Source of the DNA: an uncultured Chloroflexia bacterium
Lineage (GTDB): Bacteria; Chloroflexota; Limnocylindria; Limnocylindrales; CSP1-4
Reading direction: 5' to 3'
Assembly: GCA_963781845.1 (NCBI GenBank)
Contig: CAWAHN010000016.1
Span: 265,713-329,712, forward strand
DNA length: 64,000 nucleotides
In this document: piece after piece, positions 8,762-19,600 of the stretch
How positions within the stretch are numbered: position 1 is the first letter of the stretch
Layout of the letters: the number at the start of each line of letters is the position of its first letter
Program-made: the position numbers and the translations under genes
The notes under the pieces: generated by a model
Seen by the model: only the letters and a program-made list of their open reading frames with translations
Told to the model about the DNA's origin: nothing
The model's database searches: none

Positions 8762-10120
8762 CTACGGGTTCGCTGGCCGCGTCCCGAGCGTGAGGGAGAT
8801 GGTGGTCGGCTGGCCGTCCCGCGAGACGTCGAGGGTCACCGTCTTGCCGGGCGTGAACCCGCTGATGACCAGGTCGAGCGGATGGCTGCTGTCGACGACC
8901 TTCCCGTCGACGGCGGTGATGATGTCGCCCTCGCGCAGGCCGGCGGCCTCCGCGGGGCTCCCCGACACGATCGCCGGGGCGGCCTGGGCCGTCGGGTCCT
9001 GGACCGTCGGGTCCTGGCCGGTCTGGCCGGTCTGATCCTGGACCGCGGCCGCGCCGATGAGCGCGCCCTGATCCACGGTCAGGTTGTTCGCCTTCTTGAT
9101 CGCCGGGTCGATCATCTCGAACCGGATCCCGATCCACGGCCGGGCGAGGGGCTGCCCGGCCGACGCCTGCTCCATCAGCGGCTTGGCGATGTCGATCGGG
9201 ATGGCGAAGCCGATGCCCTGGCTCTGGCTGGCGACCGCGGTGTTGATCCCGATGATCTTGCCGCTCGGATCGAGGAGTGGGCCGCCGCTGTTGCCCGGGT
9301 TGATCGCGGTATCGGTCTGGATGAGGTTGGTCAGCTGGCCGGTCTCGACCGGGATGCTCCGGCCGACCGCGGAGATGATCCCGCTGGTGACCGAGTCGGT
9401 GAAGGTGCCGAGCGGGCTGCCGATGGCGATCGCCTGCTGGCCGACCTGGATCGAGGCCGAGTCGCCGATCGTCGCCGTCGGCAGGCCGGTCGCCTGGATC
9501 TTGACGATCGCGAGGTCGGTCAGGGTGTCGACGCCGTACACCGACGCGTCGAACTCACGGCCGTCGTTGAGGTGGACGGTCAGCGACGACGGGTCGCCCT
9601 CGACCACGTGATGGTTGGTCAGGATGAGGCCGTTCGCATCGAAGATGACCCCGGAGCCCGTGGCCGTGCCCTGGCCGGTCTGGCCGGTGGTCGGGTCGGT
9701 CGCGGTGACGCCGTCGGCGACGATCGTGACGACGGCCGGGCTGACGGACTTGGCGATGTCGACGATCGATGCCTGGCCGCCGGCCGGCGCTGCGGCCACG
9801 ACCGGGGTGATGACGGGACCGGGGGTCGCTCCGGCCTGGCGGCCGAACGCGCCGGTCGCGCTGCCGACCAGGAACGTACCGCCCGACGCGAGCAGCGCCG
9901 ACGCCATCACGGCACCGACGACGAAGCCCGGGCCGACCGAGCTGCGGCGGGCGGTGGTCTTGGCCGCCGGCGTCGGCAGGACGGGGGTCGGGACGGCGCT
10001 GAACGACGGCTGCGGAGCGCCCGTCACAGGCGCCTCGGCGATGGGAGCTCCTGGTGCCGGGGCCTCAGGAGCGGTCGACGCCCACGTCTCGGGCGTCCAT
10101 GAAGGTCGGGGGCCATCCAT
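8762..10120 (-). CDS. htrA: HtrA/DegP-type trypsin-like serine protease with PDZ domain, N-terminally membrane anchored
   Basis: Catalytic blocks are LILTNHHVV, DLAIVKI and TDTAINPGNSGGPL. The PDZ-like tail reads GSPAEAAGLREGDIITAVDG. ATG 10120 (MDGPRPSW) is preferred over the upstream extension in the track. Confidence 0.9.
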   Translation of the reverse strand: MDGPRPSWTPETWASTAPEAPAPGAPIAEAPVTGAPQPSFSAVPTPVLPTPAAKTTARRSSVGPGFVVGAVMASALLASGGTFLVGSATGAFGRQAGATPGPVITPVVAAAPAGGQASIVDIAKSVSPAVVTIVADGVTATDPTTGQTGQGTATGSGVIFDANGLILTNHHVVEGDPSSLTVHLNDGREFDASVYGVDTLTDLAIVKIQATGLPTATIGDSASIQVGQQAIAIGSPLGTFTDSVTSGIISAVGRSIPVETGQLTNLIQTDTAINPGNSGGPLLDPSGKIIGINTAVASQSQGIGFAIPIDIAKPLMEQASAGQPLARPWIGIRFEMIDPAIKKANNLTVDQGALIGAAAVQDQTGQTGQDPTVQDPTAQAAPAIVSGSPAEAAGLREGDIITAVDGKVVDSSHPLDLVISGFTPGKTVTLDVSRDGQPTTISLTLGTRPANP

Positions 10121-10296
10121 GATGAAGTCCTCTGCGCCGGACGGCCTCGCCCGTGCGAGGACCCGTTGCCGGGGTGGTTCGAGACCCACCCTGACCAGGT
10201 GCGGTAAATCCGCGGTCCGGAAACGGTGAAGGTTCCTGCACCGTGGCAATTCCTTAACCATCGCGCCGGCGCGTATCCTCCGCTCGAGAGGTACCC

Positions 10297-10743
10297 GTGT
10301 CCGATCGACGCCGCTCGTTCGCCTATCCCACCGGCCAGCTGCTCGCGGTCGTCGACGATCCGACGAGGGCGGCCGAGACCGGGCGAGCCCTCGTCGCGGC
10401 TGGTCGGTCGCCCGCCGACGTGACCGTCCTCCGCGGCGATGAAGGGGCCGATCGACTCGACGGACTCGGTCGGGTCGGCGGGCCCTGGCGACGGGTCGTC
10501 CGTGCGTTCCAGTTCATGACGATGGACCAGATGCCGGACTTCCTGACCTACGAGGCGGCGCTCCGCGACGGGCGCGCCGTCGTGGCGGTTCGGACCCCCG
10601 ACCGGGCGACGATGCTTCGGGCGCGCGATGTCCTGCTGGGGTCCGGTGCGCATTTCATGAACTACTTCGGTCGCTTCTCGACCGAGGAGCTCGTCCGCTG
10701 GCAGGGGCCGGAGCTCGCGGCTCCCGACTACATGCGCCGCTGA
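10297..10743 (+). CDS. Hypothetical protein
   Basis: GTG 10297 has GAGAGG upstream. G/C is strongly preferred at third positions and the composition is not Arg-rich. I recognise no family. Confidence 0.55.
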   Translation: MSDRRRSFAYPTGQLLAVVDDPTRAAETGRALVAAGRSPADVTVLRGDEGADRLDGLGRVGGPWRRVVRAFQFMTMDQMPDFLTYEAALRDGRAVVAVRTPDRATMLRARDVLLGSGAHFMNYFGRFSTEELVRWQGPELAAPDYMRR

Positions 10744-10782
10744 TCGGCCGTCGGCGGCAGCAGCCCCCGGGCTCGCGCGCCG

Positions 10783-13700
10783 TCAGCGGCCGCGGACCGG
10801 GGCCGCTTCGATCGATGCCCGGAGGGAGCGCGCCCGGGCGGCCGATGAGGTGTTCGCCTTCTGCTCGAACAAGGCCGCCGAACTGTCTGCGGCGGCGATC
10901 GCCTCGTCGTCTCGACCGGCCATCCAGAGGACCTCGGCGAGGTCGATCGCCGCATAGCCCTGCGAATCGGGATCCTGGGCCGCCCCGATGATCCCGACGG
11001 CGGCCTCGGCCAGCGATCGCGCCTCGTCGAACTGACCCTGTCGGGCGAGGAGCTTGGCGCGGACGCTGCGCCACAGGTATTGGGTCGCGACATCGTCCTC
11101 GGCCGCGATCTGCTCGCTCTCCTCGGTCATCCGGAGCGCCTCGTCGTCCCGACCCTGGCGATAGAGCGCCTCGGCCAGGAAGGCAGCGGTGGTCGAGATG
11201 TAGTTCCGCTCGCCCATGGCGGCGAGCGCGTCGTAGTCGCGTCGGAGCTCGCGCTCGGCCGCCAGCGCGTCACCCGCGATCAGCTCGACGGGACCGGATG
11301 CGATCGCCGAGGTCAGGGCGGCGGCGAACCTCCAGCCGAGCTCGTCGAGCGTCGCCCGACTCTGCCGGTAGAGCCTCCGCGCCTCGTCGAACCGACCACG
11401 CATCGCCTCGAGGTTGGCCAGTGCGCGGAGCGTGTAGGCCTCCGACTTGCGGTCGCCCCCGAGCTCCGCCAGGACCCGCTCGACGATGGCGATCGCCTCG
11501 GGCACCGGCGTGGGGCCGAGCTGGGCGCAGGTGGCCAGAGCGGGCAGGACGCGCAACTCCATCGGCCGATCGCCGGCCAGTCGCGCCTCGTCGATCATCC
11601 GGTTGGCGGCCGCCTCGGCGTCGAGGTAGCGACAGCCCGCGAAATGGACGTTGGTCAGGAGGCGCCAGGCCCGGGTCAGGCCGCGATGGTCGCCGCTCGC
11701 CTCGAGGACCGCGATCGCGGCGTTCACCTCGTCGATGACCTGCGCCTCCGGCTCGTCGCCTTCGGTGCTGTAGTGGAGGTACTGCCGGACGAGGCGGGCG
11801 GTCGTCTCCATCGATCGGTCGCCGAGCGCGGCGGCGCCGTCGATCGCCTCGGTCAGGACCGCGTCGGCGGTCGTCAGCTCGCCCGCCTCGGTGAGGGCCT
11901 CGCCCGCCTCCGTCTGGAGGACCGGACGATCGTGGGAGCCGGGTGGCAGGAGGGCCGCCGCGCGCTGCAGCAGGTTCGCCGCGGCGGGCATGTCGCCCCG
12001 AGCGAACGCCCGCCGCCCGGCCGAGGCGAGGCGCTCCGCCGCGCGGATCCCGAGGTCGCGTCCGTGCTCGTCGAGCGGCCCGAGCTCGGCCAGGTAGCGG
12101 TGGGCCTGCTCGAGGTGGTAGCCCAGGATCTCCTCGAACTCGAGCGCCCGGTCCCGGTCCGCGTTCACCCCGTCGGCCCAGGCGACGAACCGCTCGTGGA
12201 GGGTGGCCCGGGTCCGTTTGAGCTGGCCGTTGTAGGCGGCGTCGCGGATGAGCACGTGATGGAACCGGAAGCTGCCGTCGCCCTCGACCGCCGAGGGAGC
12301 CGGATGGACGAGCTGCTTCCGATCGAGCGCGGCGAGGTGCTCGGTCGAGCTCGGCATGGACGGCCTCCGGGGCGAGCCAGCGGACGGCCGACTCCTGGAA
12401 GATCAGGCCGATGACGGATGCCGGCTCGACCACGGCTCGCTCCTCGCGTCCGAGCCGGTCGAGTCGTGCCGCCAGGAGCGCCTGGATCGTGGGCGGGACC
12501 TGGATCTCCCCGACCTCGTCGGCGACCCGCCAGCGGCCCTCGTCGCGGCGCAGGACGCCCTCGTCGATGAGCATCGACACGAGCTGCTCGACGAAGAGCG
12601 GGTTGCCCTCCGCGGCGACGATCACCCGGTCGCGGACGGCGGGCACCAGGCCGGTCTGCCCGAGCAGGTTGTCGACGATGGCGGTCGAGTCCGTCTCGGT
12701 CAGCGGGTCCGAGCACGATCCGCTCGGCGCCCGGCGCTGCGGCCCAGTCCGGCCGATCCTCGAGCAGGTCGTGGCGCGCCGTCGCCAGGAGCAGGGCCGG
12801 GGCCTCGAGGTCGGCCCCGGCCAGCTCGTCGAGCAGGTCCAGGAGGGTCGGCTCGGCCCAGTGGATGTCGTCGACGACGACGACGAGCGGGCGTCGCTCG
12901 GCGAGGATCTCGATCAGCCGGCGGACGGCCCAGAACGTCTCCGCCAGCGGGAACGCCGCGGCCGACAGCCCCGTGGCCGACGCGATCCGGTCGGCGACCT
13001 CGACGTCGCCGAGCGAGCCCGAGCGAGGCGGGCCCGCCCACGCTCGGGCGGGTCGTCGTCCCGGATGTCCGCCGCTCGCCGGACGATCTCGACCAGTGGC
13101 CAGAACGTGATCCCCTTGCCGTACGGCAGGCAGCGACCGCGGACGACGTACGCCTCGGACGCGACCGATGCGAGGAATTCGCGGGTGAGGCGCGACTTCC
13201 CGACGCCGGCATCGCCGATGACGCGTGACCGAGCCGCAGCCGACGGACGTCGACGGCGCGCGCGGAAGGCGTCCCGGAGCCGGTCCATCTCCCGGTCGCG
13301 ACCGACCATCGGGGTCGCGTCGGGAGCCTCGACCGGCTGGTCGTCCCGAACGGCCACGAGCCGGTAGGCCGGCACGCGTTCGGCCTTGCCCTTGAGCTCG
13401 AGCGGCTCGACGGCCTCGGCGACCACGGTGTCGCGGACGAGGCGGTGGGTGAGGGGTCCGAGCAGGATCTCGTTCTCCGGCGCGGCCTGCTCGAGCCGGG
13501 CCGCGGTGTTGACCGGGTCGCCGGTGACGAGCCGCTGACCGTCGGTCGGGTCGCCGGCCACGACCTCGCCGGTGTTGACCCCGGTCCGGTTGGCGAGGCG
13601 AACCCCCCAGCGTCCGATCGAGCTCGTCGTTGAGCCTGCCCAGGGCCGCCTGCATCCCGGCGGCCGCGCGGACCGCCCGGAGCGCGTCGTCCTCGTGGAC

Positions 13701-13994
13701 GGTCGGCAGCCCGAAGACGGCCATGATCGCGTCGCCGATGTACTTCTCGACCGTCCCGCCGTGGCGTTCGAGCTCGACCCGCATCGCGTCGAAGTAGCGG
13801 GTCATCACCTCGCGGAGCGACTCCGAGTCGAGCGCCTCGCCCAGGCTGGTCGACCCCTTGAGGTCGGAGAAGACGATCGTGACGGTCTTCCGGATCTCCT
13901 GCGCCGGCAGCGGCGGGACGAGCGGCGTGCCGCAGAACCCGCACAGCCGGAACCGCGCGGGGTTCTCCTCGCCGCAGCCGGGACAGATCTGCAT
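10783..13994 (-). pseudogene. Zinc-ribbon + class III adenylyl/guanylyl cyclase + AAA/P-loop ATPase + TPR-like tail, disrupted by at least four frame shifts
   Basis: CPGCGEENPARFRLCGFCG and the cyclase start (TIVFSDLKGSTSL, KYIGDAIMAVFG) share one frame. VRLANRTGVNTGEVVAGDP...NTAARLEQ and Walker A (GDAGVGKSRL) are in a second frame. Walker B (PLVVVVDDIHWAEPT) is back in the first frame, GNPLFVEQLVSML is in the second, and HHVLIRDAAYN plus the long helical-repeat tail is in the third. Confidence 0.75.
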
Positions 13995-14041
13995 CGGGTC
14001 CGGTCAGATCGTCGGCGCGACGGCGCCGAACCCAGGTGCCG

Positions 14042-15373
14042 CTAGATGTGGCCGCGCGGGTCCGCCATCGGCACGCTGAAGGTCACGAAGACGTTGCCCG
14101 CCTTGTCCTTCGAGCGCGACAGGACGCACGGCCCACCGGACGGCTTGCTGCAGTTCTTGCACGTCGGGAGGATACCCGGGTCGTTCGGGGCGATCGTCGC
14201 GCCGTACTTGTTGACGAAGGATTCGTTCGGGGTGCTGAAGCAGACCTCGTACTTGGAGGCGGGCTTGGTCACGGCTGCGGCCGCCAGGCCGATCGTGATC
14301 GTCTTGCGTCCCTGGCTCGGGGTGACCGCGAAGGTCAGCACCTCCGAGGTCGCGACGTAGTAGTGGTTCACGGCGTTGTTGCAATCGACGGAGTCGACCC
14401 CGAAGGTCATCGTCAGCAGCCCACCGGGGGCATTCGCGCTGACGGTGGCCGTCGTCGTGCTGGAGGTGGCGCTCCCGGAGCACTGGCCGGTGCAGGCCTT
14501 GGCCACGTCGGCGACGTCGAACGCGTTCGATGTGGCCGGGTCGATCCCCGATCCGGCGGTCGCCTTGAGCTTGTAGCCGTCGCCGCTCAGGTCGATGGTC
14601 GGGGCGAAGGCCGCGATCCCGCCGCCGCCGGTGGCCGCCGACGTCGTCCCGCCGAGGGTCGCGCCGGACGTCCCGGTGCCCGAGGCGATCGCGAGGGCGA
14701 TCGTGACACCCGCCACGCCGGCCGGGTTCCCGGCGCCGTCCCGCAGCTGGACCTGGATCGCCGGACCGTTCGGGTCGCCGGCGGTGTTCGTGATGGTCTT
14801 GCCGATCCCGGCCGTCGACGGTCCGTGTCCAGCGACGAACGCGAGACTGCAGGCCTGGACGGTCGCGGTCAGCTGACTCGCCGGATCCTGGGGCAGCACC
14901 CACGCGTACGGGCTCGAGTAGGTGTAGGTCTGGTGGGCGACCACGGCCCACGTCGCCGCGCCGCTCGTGCCGCAGGCGATCGTCGCCTGGATGGAGACCG
15001 TTGCTGTCTGGCCCGTGTGGTCGAGGTCGACCCTGTCGATCGTGACGACATCGCTCGCGATGGTGACGGGCAGGACGGTCGAGCCGCGGGTCGCGCTGGC
15101 ACCGGTCACGGTGAAGCCGGCCGGTGCCGTGATCCGGGCGGACCCGAGCTCGTTGTGGTGGAACCAGCTGTCCTCGACGAGCTGGGTGAGGGTGACGGTC
15201 GTCGTCGACGCCGTGCCCGCCGAGGCGGTCGTCGGATCGATCGCGGCGCGGTAGGTCGGACCCGAGCTCCCCCCGTTGGCGAGGGCTGGGGTAACGAGTG
15301 CCAGAGCCACGGCGAGCGCCATCAGGCTGGCGACGACGGTGCCGCGAACGGACCGCCGGACGGACGACGACAT
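14042..15373 (-). CDS. Secreted protein with Ig-like/beta-sandwich-looking repeats and a Cys-rich C-terminus
   Basis: ATG 15373 has AGGAGG upstream. The signal peptide is MSSSVRRSVRGTVVASLMALAVALALVTPALA. The protein is Thr/Ala/Gly-rich with seven Cys residues in the last third. No family recognised. Confidence 0.7.
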   Translation of the reverse strand: MSSSVRRSVRGTVVASLMALAVALALVTPALANGGSSGPTYRAAIDPTTASAGTASTTTVTLTQLVEDSWFHHNELGSARITAPAGFTVTGASATRGSTVLPVTIASDVVTIDRVDLDHTGQTATVSIQATIACGTSGAATWAVVAHQTYTYSSPYAWVLPQDPASQLTATVQACSLAFVAGHGPSTAGIGKTITNTAGDPNGPAIQVQLRDGAGNPAGVAGVTIALAIASGTGTSGATLGGTTSAATGGGGIAAFAPTIDLSGDGYKLKATAGSGIDPATSNAFDVADVAKACTGQCSGSATSSTTTATVSANAPGGLLTMTFGVDSVDCNNAVNHYYVATSEVLTFAVTPSQGRKTITIGLAAAAVTKPASKYEVCFSTPNESFVNKYGATIAPNDPGILPTCKNCSKPSGGPCVLSRSKDKAGNVFVTFSVPMADPRGHI

Positions 15374-15532
15374 CTTCACTCCTCCTGGACCGGACCCGGG
15401 CACGGATCGAACGTCCCAGGACAAGCCGACCCCGAGTCTGGCACGCCCCTAGGACCTGCAAGGATACTCACGGGGCGATGATGTCGTACACCCGTCAACG
15501 AGGCGTCGTTCGAGGTCCAGCGGGCCTCCGGG

Positions 15533-15949
15533 TCATCTCGCCTGGCTGATCTCGATGAGGTGACCGTCCGGATCGCGGAAGAACCCCCGGATCTCCCAGT
15601 CCGTCTCGCTCAGCGGGGCAAGGAAGGTCGCGCCTCGACCGGCCAGCGTGGCGTGCGCGGCCCGAGCGTCCGGGACCCGGATCGTGAGCTCGTGGCTGAC
15701 GACGTCGGGGTCGGTCGGCGGCGCGAAGGAGGTCGCGGGCTTGTCGACGGTCGGGCCGCCCGGGGTCACCAGCAGCAGCCAGGTTCCGAGGAACCGGAGC
15801 ACGCACGAGGTCCCGCCGTACTCTCGGTGGATCGTCGCACCGAGCACGTCCCGATAGAACTCGCGCGACCTGACGAGATCCGACACGACGAGGAGATGGG
15901 TCAGCTCCATCCCCTCAGCCGGGAAGTCGGCCGCGCCCGGGCCGGTCAT
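15533..15949 (-). CDS. VOC (glyoxalase/bleomycin-resistance/dioxygenase) family protein
   Basis: LTHLLVVSDLVRSREFYRDVLGA...FFRDPDGHLIEI. It overlaps the upstream gene by ATGA. Confidence 0.8.
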   Translation of the reverse strand: MTGPGAADFPAEGMELTHLLVVSDLVRSREFYRDVLGATIHREYGGTSCVLRFLGTWLLLVTPGGPTVDKPATSFAPPTDPDVVSHELTIRVPDARAAHATLAGRGATFLAPLSETDWEIRGFFRDPDGHLIEISQAR

Positions 15950-16422
15950 GCCGGTCCCGTCGGCTGGGCGTCGGGGCCGGCGGCAGCCAGCCGTCGCAGC
16001 GTCTCGCGAAGCTCGCCTGCGAACCGACGCTCACCGATCACTTCCAGGGCGGCACCCACGAACCGGCCCTTCAGGGTGGTCGCGATCCGCTGGAAGTCGA
16101 CGACGACGTGGCAGCCGCCTCCGGCTCGCCCGCTCACCCGGTAGTCGATCACCGTCCCGGTCCTGAAGTTCGGGGCCTCGATCAGGGTGAGCCGGACGTG
16201 CCCCGGGTCCGACCAGTCGTACCGCTCGCGCGCCCAGACGCCACCCAGATCGTCGGACCCCTCGGTCACGTCCGCCCAGCCGTCGCCCAGCTCGTGGACC
16301 TTGTAGAGCGTGGCCGACAGATTCGGCCACCACTCAGGTCGCCGCGCGGTGAAATCGGTCAGGGCCGCGATGAATCGTTCGGGCGAGACGTCGCCGTCCG
16401 CCTCGTAGTGGAGCTTGGCCAT
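15946..16422 (-). CDS. SRPBCC family protein
   Basis: MAKLHYEADGDVSPERFIAALTDFTARRPEWWPNL... ATG 16422 is preferred because GGAGG lies 6 nt upstream. Confidence 0.7.
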   Translation of the reverse strand: MAKLHYEADGDVSPERFIAALTDFTARRPEWWPNLSATLYKVHELGDGWADVTEGSDDLGGVWARERYDWSDPGHVRLTLIEAPNFRTGTVIDYRVSGRAGGGCHVVVDFQRIATTLKGRFVGAALEVIGERRFAGELRETLRRLAAAGPDAQPTGPA

Positions 16423-16635
16423 CCCGACCTCCATGCATCGCTCGGCGCGTCACGCGCCACTGTCGCACAGCTCCGGCCCCGTAGCCCAGGGATCCGGCGG
16501 GGCCGCCGTCGCCCATCCAGCCGGGTGGCCCACCGGAGGTGCGCCGCGGCCCCGCCGGGTATCGTGTGAACCTCGGCGCTCCCCGATGGCTATCCATCGA
16601 TACTGGCGTCGAAGCGATCACGCACGGGAGGCGGC

Positions 16636-19600
16636 TTGCTCCGGACGATCGGCCTGTGGCGCGCCGTGGTCAACCGCAGCCGCGCCGATCGTTCGGTGGT
16701 GACCGCGGCGTTCGTCCTGCTGGTCTGCGCGATCACCCTGGTCGCCACCGGCGTGCTCTACGGCGACACCGTGGCGATCGGCGGGCTGCGACGGGCGGTC
16801 CTCGACGCTCCGGCGGCCGACCGCGCGGTCGTCGTCCGGACCTCGGCCAGAGTCGACGACATCCCCGCCCTCGACGGGGTCGTCCGCGAGCAGCTGACCG
16901 AGGCGATCGCCCCGACCGGCGGCGACGTCGCGCTCGTCGCCCGGAGCGCATCGCTGGCGCCGGTCGGCCTCGACAGTACCGCGGCCCGGAGCCGGCTGAC
17001 GGCGCTGGCGAGCTTCGAGGATCTCGACCGGCACACCACCCTGACCGCCGGCCGCTGGCCGGTCGTCGGCCGCGACCCGCTCGAGGCGACCCTGTCCGAG
17101 GGCGCCGCCGCCGCCCTGGGGCTCAAGGTCGGGGATCGGGTCGAGCTGTCCCGCAGCTCGAGCGGCCCGTCGATCGGCGTCGAGGTCGTGGGTCTGTGGC
17201 GACCCGCGGTCGACGACACCTACTTCCTCGGCGACCAGCTCGATCTCGGCGGCGTCCGGACGGAACCGCAGCTGACGACCCGCGGACCGTTCGTCGTCGC
17301 CCTCGCGGACCTGGAGGGCAGCCCGGTCGGGCGCGACCTGACGGTCGAGTGGCGCGGCGTCCCCTCGATCGACGGCCTGCAGGTCGACCGGGTCGACGCG
17401 CTGCGCGGCGGCATCGACGGACTCAAACCGCGGCTCCGGGAAGCGCTGCCGCGGGGTCGGGACATCGCGGTCCTGACCGGGTTGCCGGGGATCCTGACGG
17501 ACGTCGGGCGATCGATCCTCGTCAGCCGCAGCGGCGTCACCCTCCTGACGATCCAGTTCGCCGTCCTCGCCGGGTACGCCGTCCTCCTCGTGGCCGGGCT
17601 GCTGGTCGAACGCCGTCGGTCGGAGACGGCCCTGCTCCGGTCCCGTGGCGCGACCTCCGTCCACCTTGTCGGGCTGGCGTTCGGCGAGGCGCTCCTGCTG
17701 ACCGTGCCCGCGACCATCCTCGCGCCGGTCCTCGCGGTCGGGGCGGTCCGCTTCATCGGTTCGATCGGCCCGCTCGCCGACACCGGGGTCGTCCCGGCGG
17801 TCGGCATCGACGCCCGTCTCGTGGCCGTCAGCGCCCTGGCCGGGCTGGCCTGCGTCGTCGTCCTGACCCTGCCGGCCCTCGCGATGGGCGGTCTCCCGCT
17901 CGGCATCCGCGCCTCGCTCGGACGACCGGTCGGACGGACGATGGCGCAGCGACTCGGCATCGACCTCGTCCTGGTGGTGCTCGCCGGGGTCGCCCTGTGG
18001 CAGCTCCGCCTGTACGGCGCCCCACTCACGCACGACGCGCACGGCGTCCTCGGCATCGATCCGCTGCTCGTCGCCGCGCCGGCGATCGGCCTCCTGGCGG
18101 GCGCGGTCCTGTGCACCCGGCTGATCCCCCGCCTGGCCGAGATCGGCGAGCGCGTCCTGGGCCGTCGCCGCGGGATCGTCCCGCCGCTGGGTTCCCGACA
18201 GGTCGCGCGGCGGCCGCTCCGCTACACCCGCTCCGCGCTCCTCCTCGTGCTGGCGGCGGCGCTCGGGACGTTCGCGGCCGCCAGTGCAGCGACGTTCGCG
18301 CGATCCCAGGTCGACCAGGCCGCCTACCAGTCCGCGGGCGACGCCAGGGTGGCGATGTCGGACTACCCGGACCTGCCCGACTGGGCCGTCGGATCGGCCG
18401 ATCGGTCGGTGCCCGGGGTCACGGCCGCTACCCCGGTCAACCTCGCCTCGCTGGAGATCGGCCGGACCGTCCGCGACGGCCGGGTCCTGGCGGTCGACCC
18501 GACCGCGGTCCAGGCGATGCTCACGATGCCGCCCGACGACGGTCCGACCCCGGCCCTGCTCGACAAGCTCGTCGCGGCGCGCCCGACGACGACCGCCGTC
18601 GCGATCCCCGGCGAGCCGCGCCGCCTCGGCTTCACGGTCGACGCGGACCTGAGCGTCAACGCGGAGGCGTCGGGCGGGACCGAGGTCCCGACCGATTGGG
18701 ATGCCGTCGGGCTGACCGTGGTGGTCCAGGATGCCGACGGACGGCTCCACCGGATCGACGGCGGGACGATGGGTCCGAAGGCGACCGGGCACCGGATCGA
18801 GGTCCCACTGTCGTCCATGGTCGACGGCCTGGTCACCCGACCCGCCTACCCGCTCCGCCTGGTGGGCCTGGAGCTCGACCTGACGCCACCGACGAACCTG
18901 GTCGTCGACGGCAGCGTGGAGCTCACGGGACTGTCCGCGAGCTCCACCGAGGCCGGTCCGGACTGGACGCCGGTGGCCTTCGATCCCGGGGCCGCCGGCT
19001 GGTCGTGGAACCGCACCGCGGCCGAAGGCACGACGGCCTACCGGCCCCCGGCCGGATCACCGGGCCGGATCGAGGCCGGCCTCGGTGACGATGCCTCGCC
19101 CGCCGTCTTCGGGTCGTTCGACCGACCGGGGGCGATCTATCGGCTCACGACGTCGCCGAGCGGCGATGGGATCCTGCCGGCGATCGCGGGTGACCGACTC
19201 CTCGCGTCGACCGGGGCAAGGGTCGGAGACACGATCGCCGTGACATCCGAGGCGCATCCGATCACGGTCCGGATCGTGGGCAGGACGGCGTCGTTCCCGC
19301 CGCTCGACCCGGATTCGGCCTTCCTGGTCGTCGACGGAGCGACCTTCGACCTCCTGACGTTCTCCGCGACGAACTACCCGGTCATCGCCGACGAGTGGTG
19401 GCTCAGCCTGGACCCAGCCGGCTCGGACGCGGCGCTCGCGACGCTCCGGAGCGCCCCCTATTCCGCGGCCGGGATCGTCGAGCGCGACCAGCTCAGCCGC
19501 ATGCTCGCCGGCGACCCGGTCTGGCTCGGCGTGGTCGGGGTGCTGGCCCTGGGTGCGGTCGCCGCCATCGTCTTTGCCGCGATCGGCTTCATCGTCAGCG

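Noticed and set aside
13225-13262. Possible extra compensating indels just upstream of the Walker A motif in the cyclase gene. An alternative reading gives ...VDVRRLRL-VT-VIGDAGVGKS instead of ...RRRRPSAAARSRVIGDAGVGKS.
   Set aside because: The idea is attractive because the strand before a P-loop is normally hydrophobic. It rests on very short frame segments in GC-rich DNA where all frames look protein-like, so it is not claimable without an alignment to homologues.
16539-19088. The 849-aa + strand ORF and the 724-aa antisense ORF (16618..18792) overlapping the first permease gene.
   Set aside because: They are extremely Arg/Pro/Gly/Asp-rich with no motifs. The frame at 16636..19953 gives a coherent multi-TM FtsX protein. 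These are typical shadow ORFs of GC-rich DNA.
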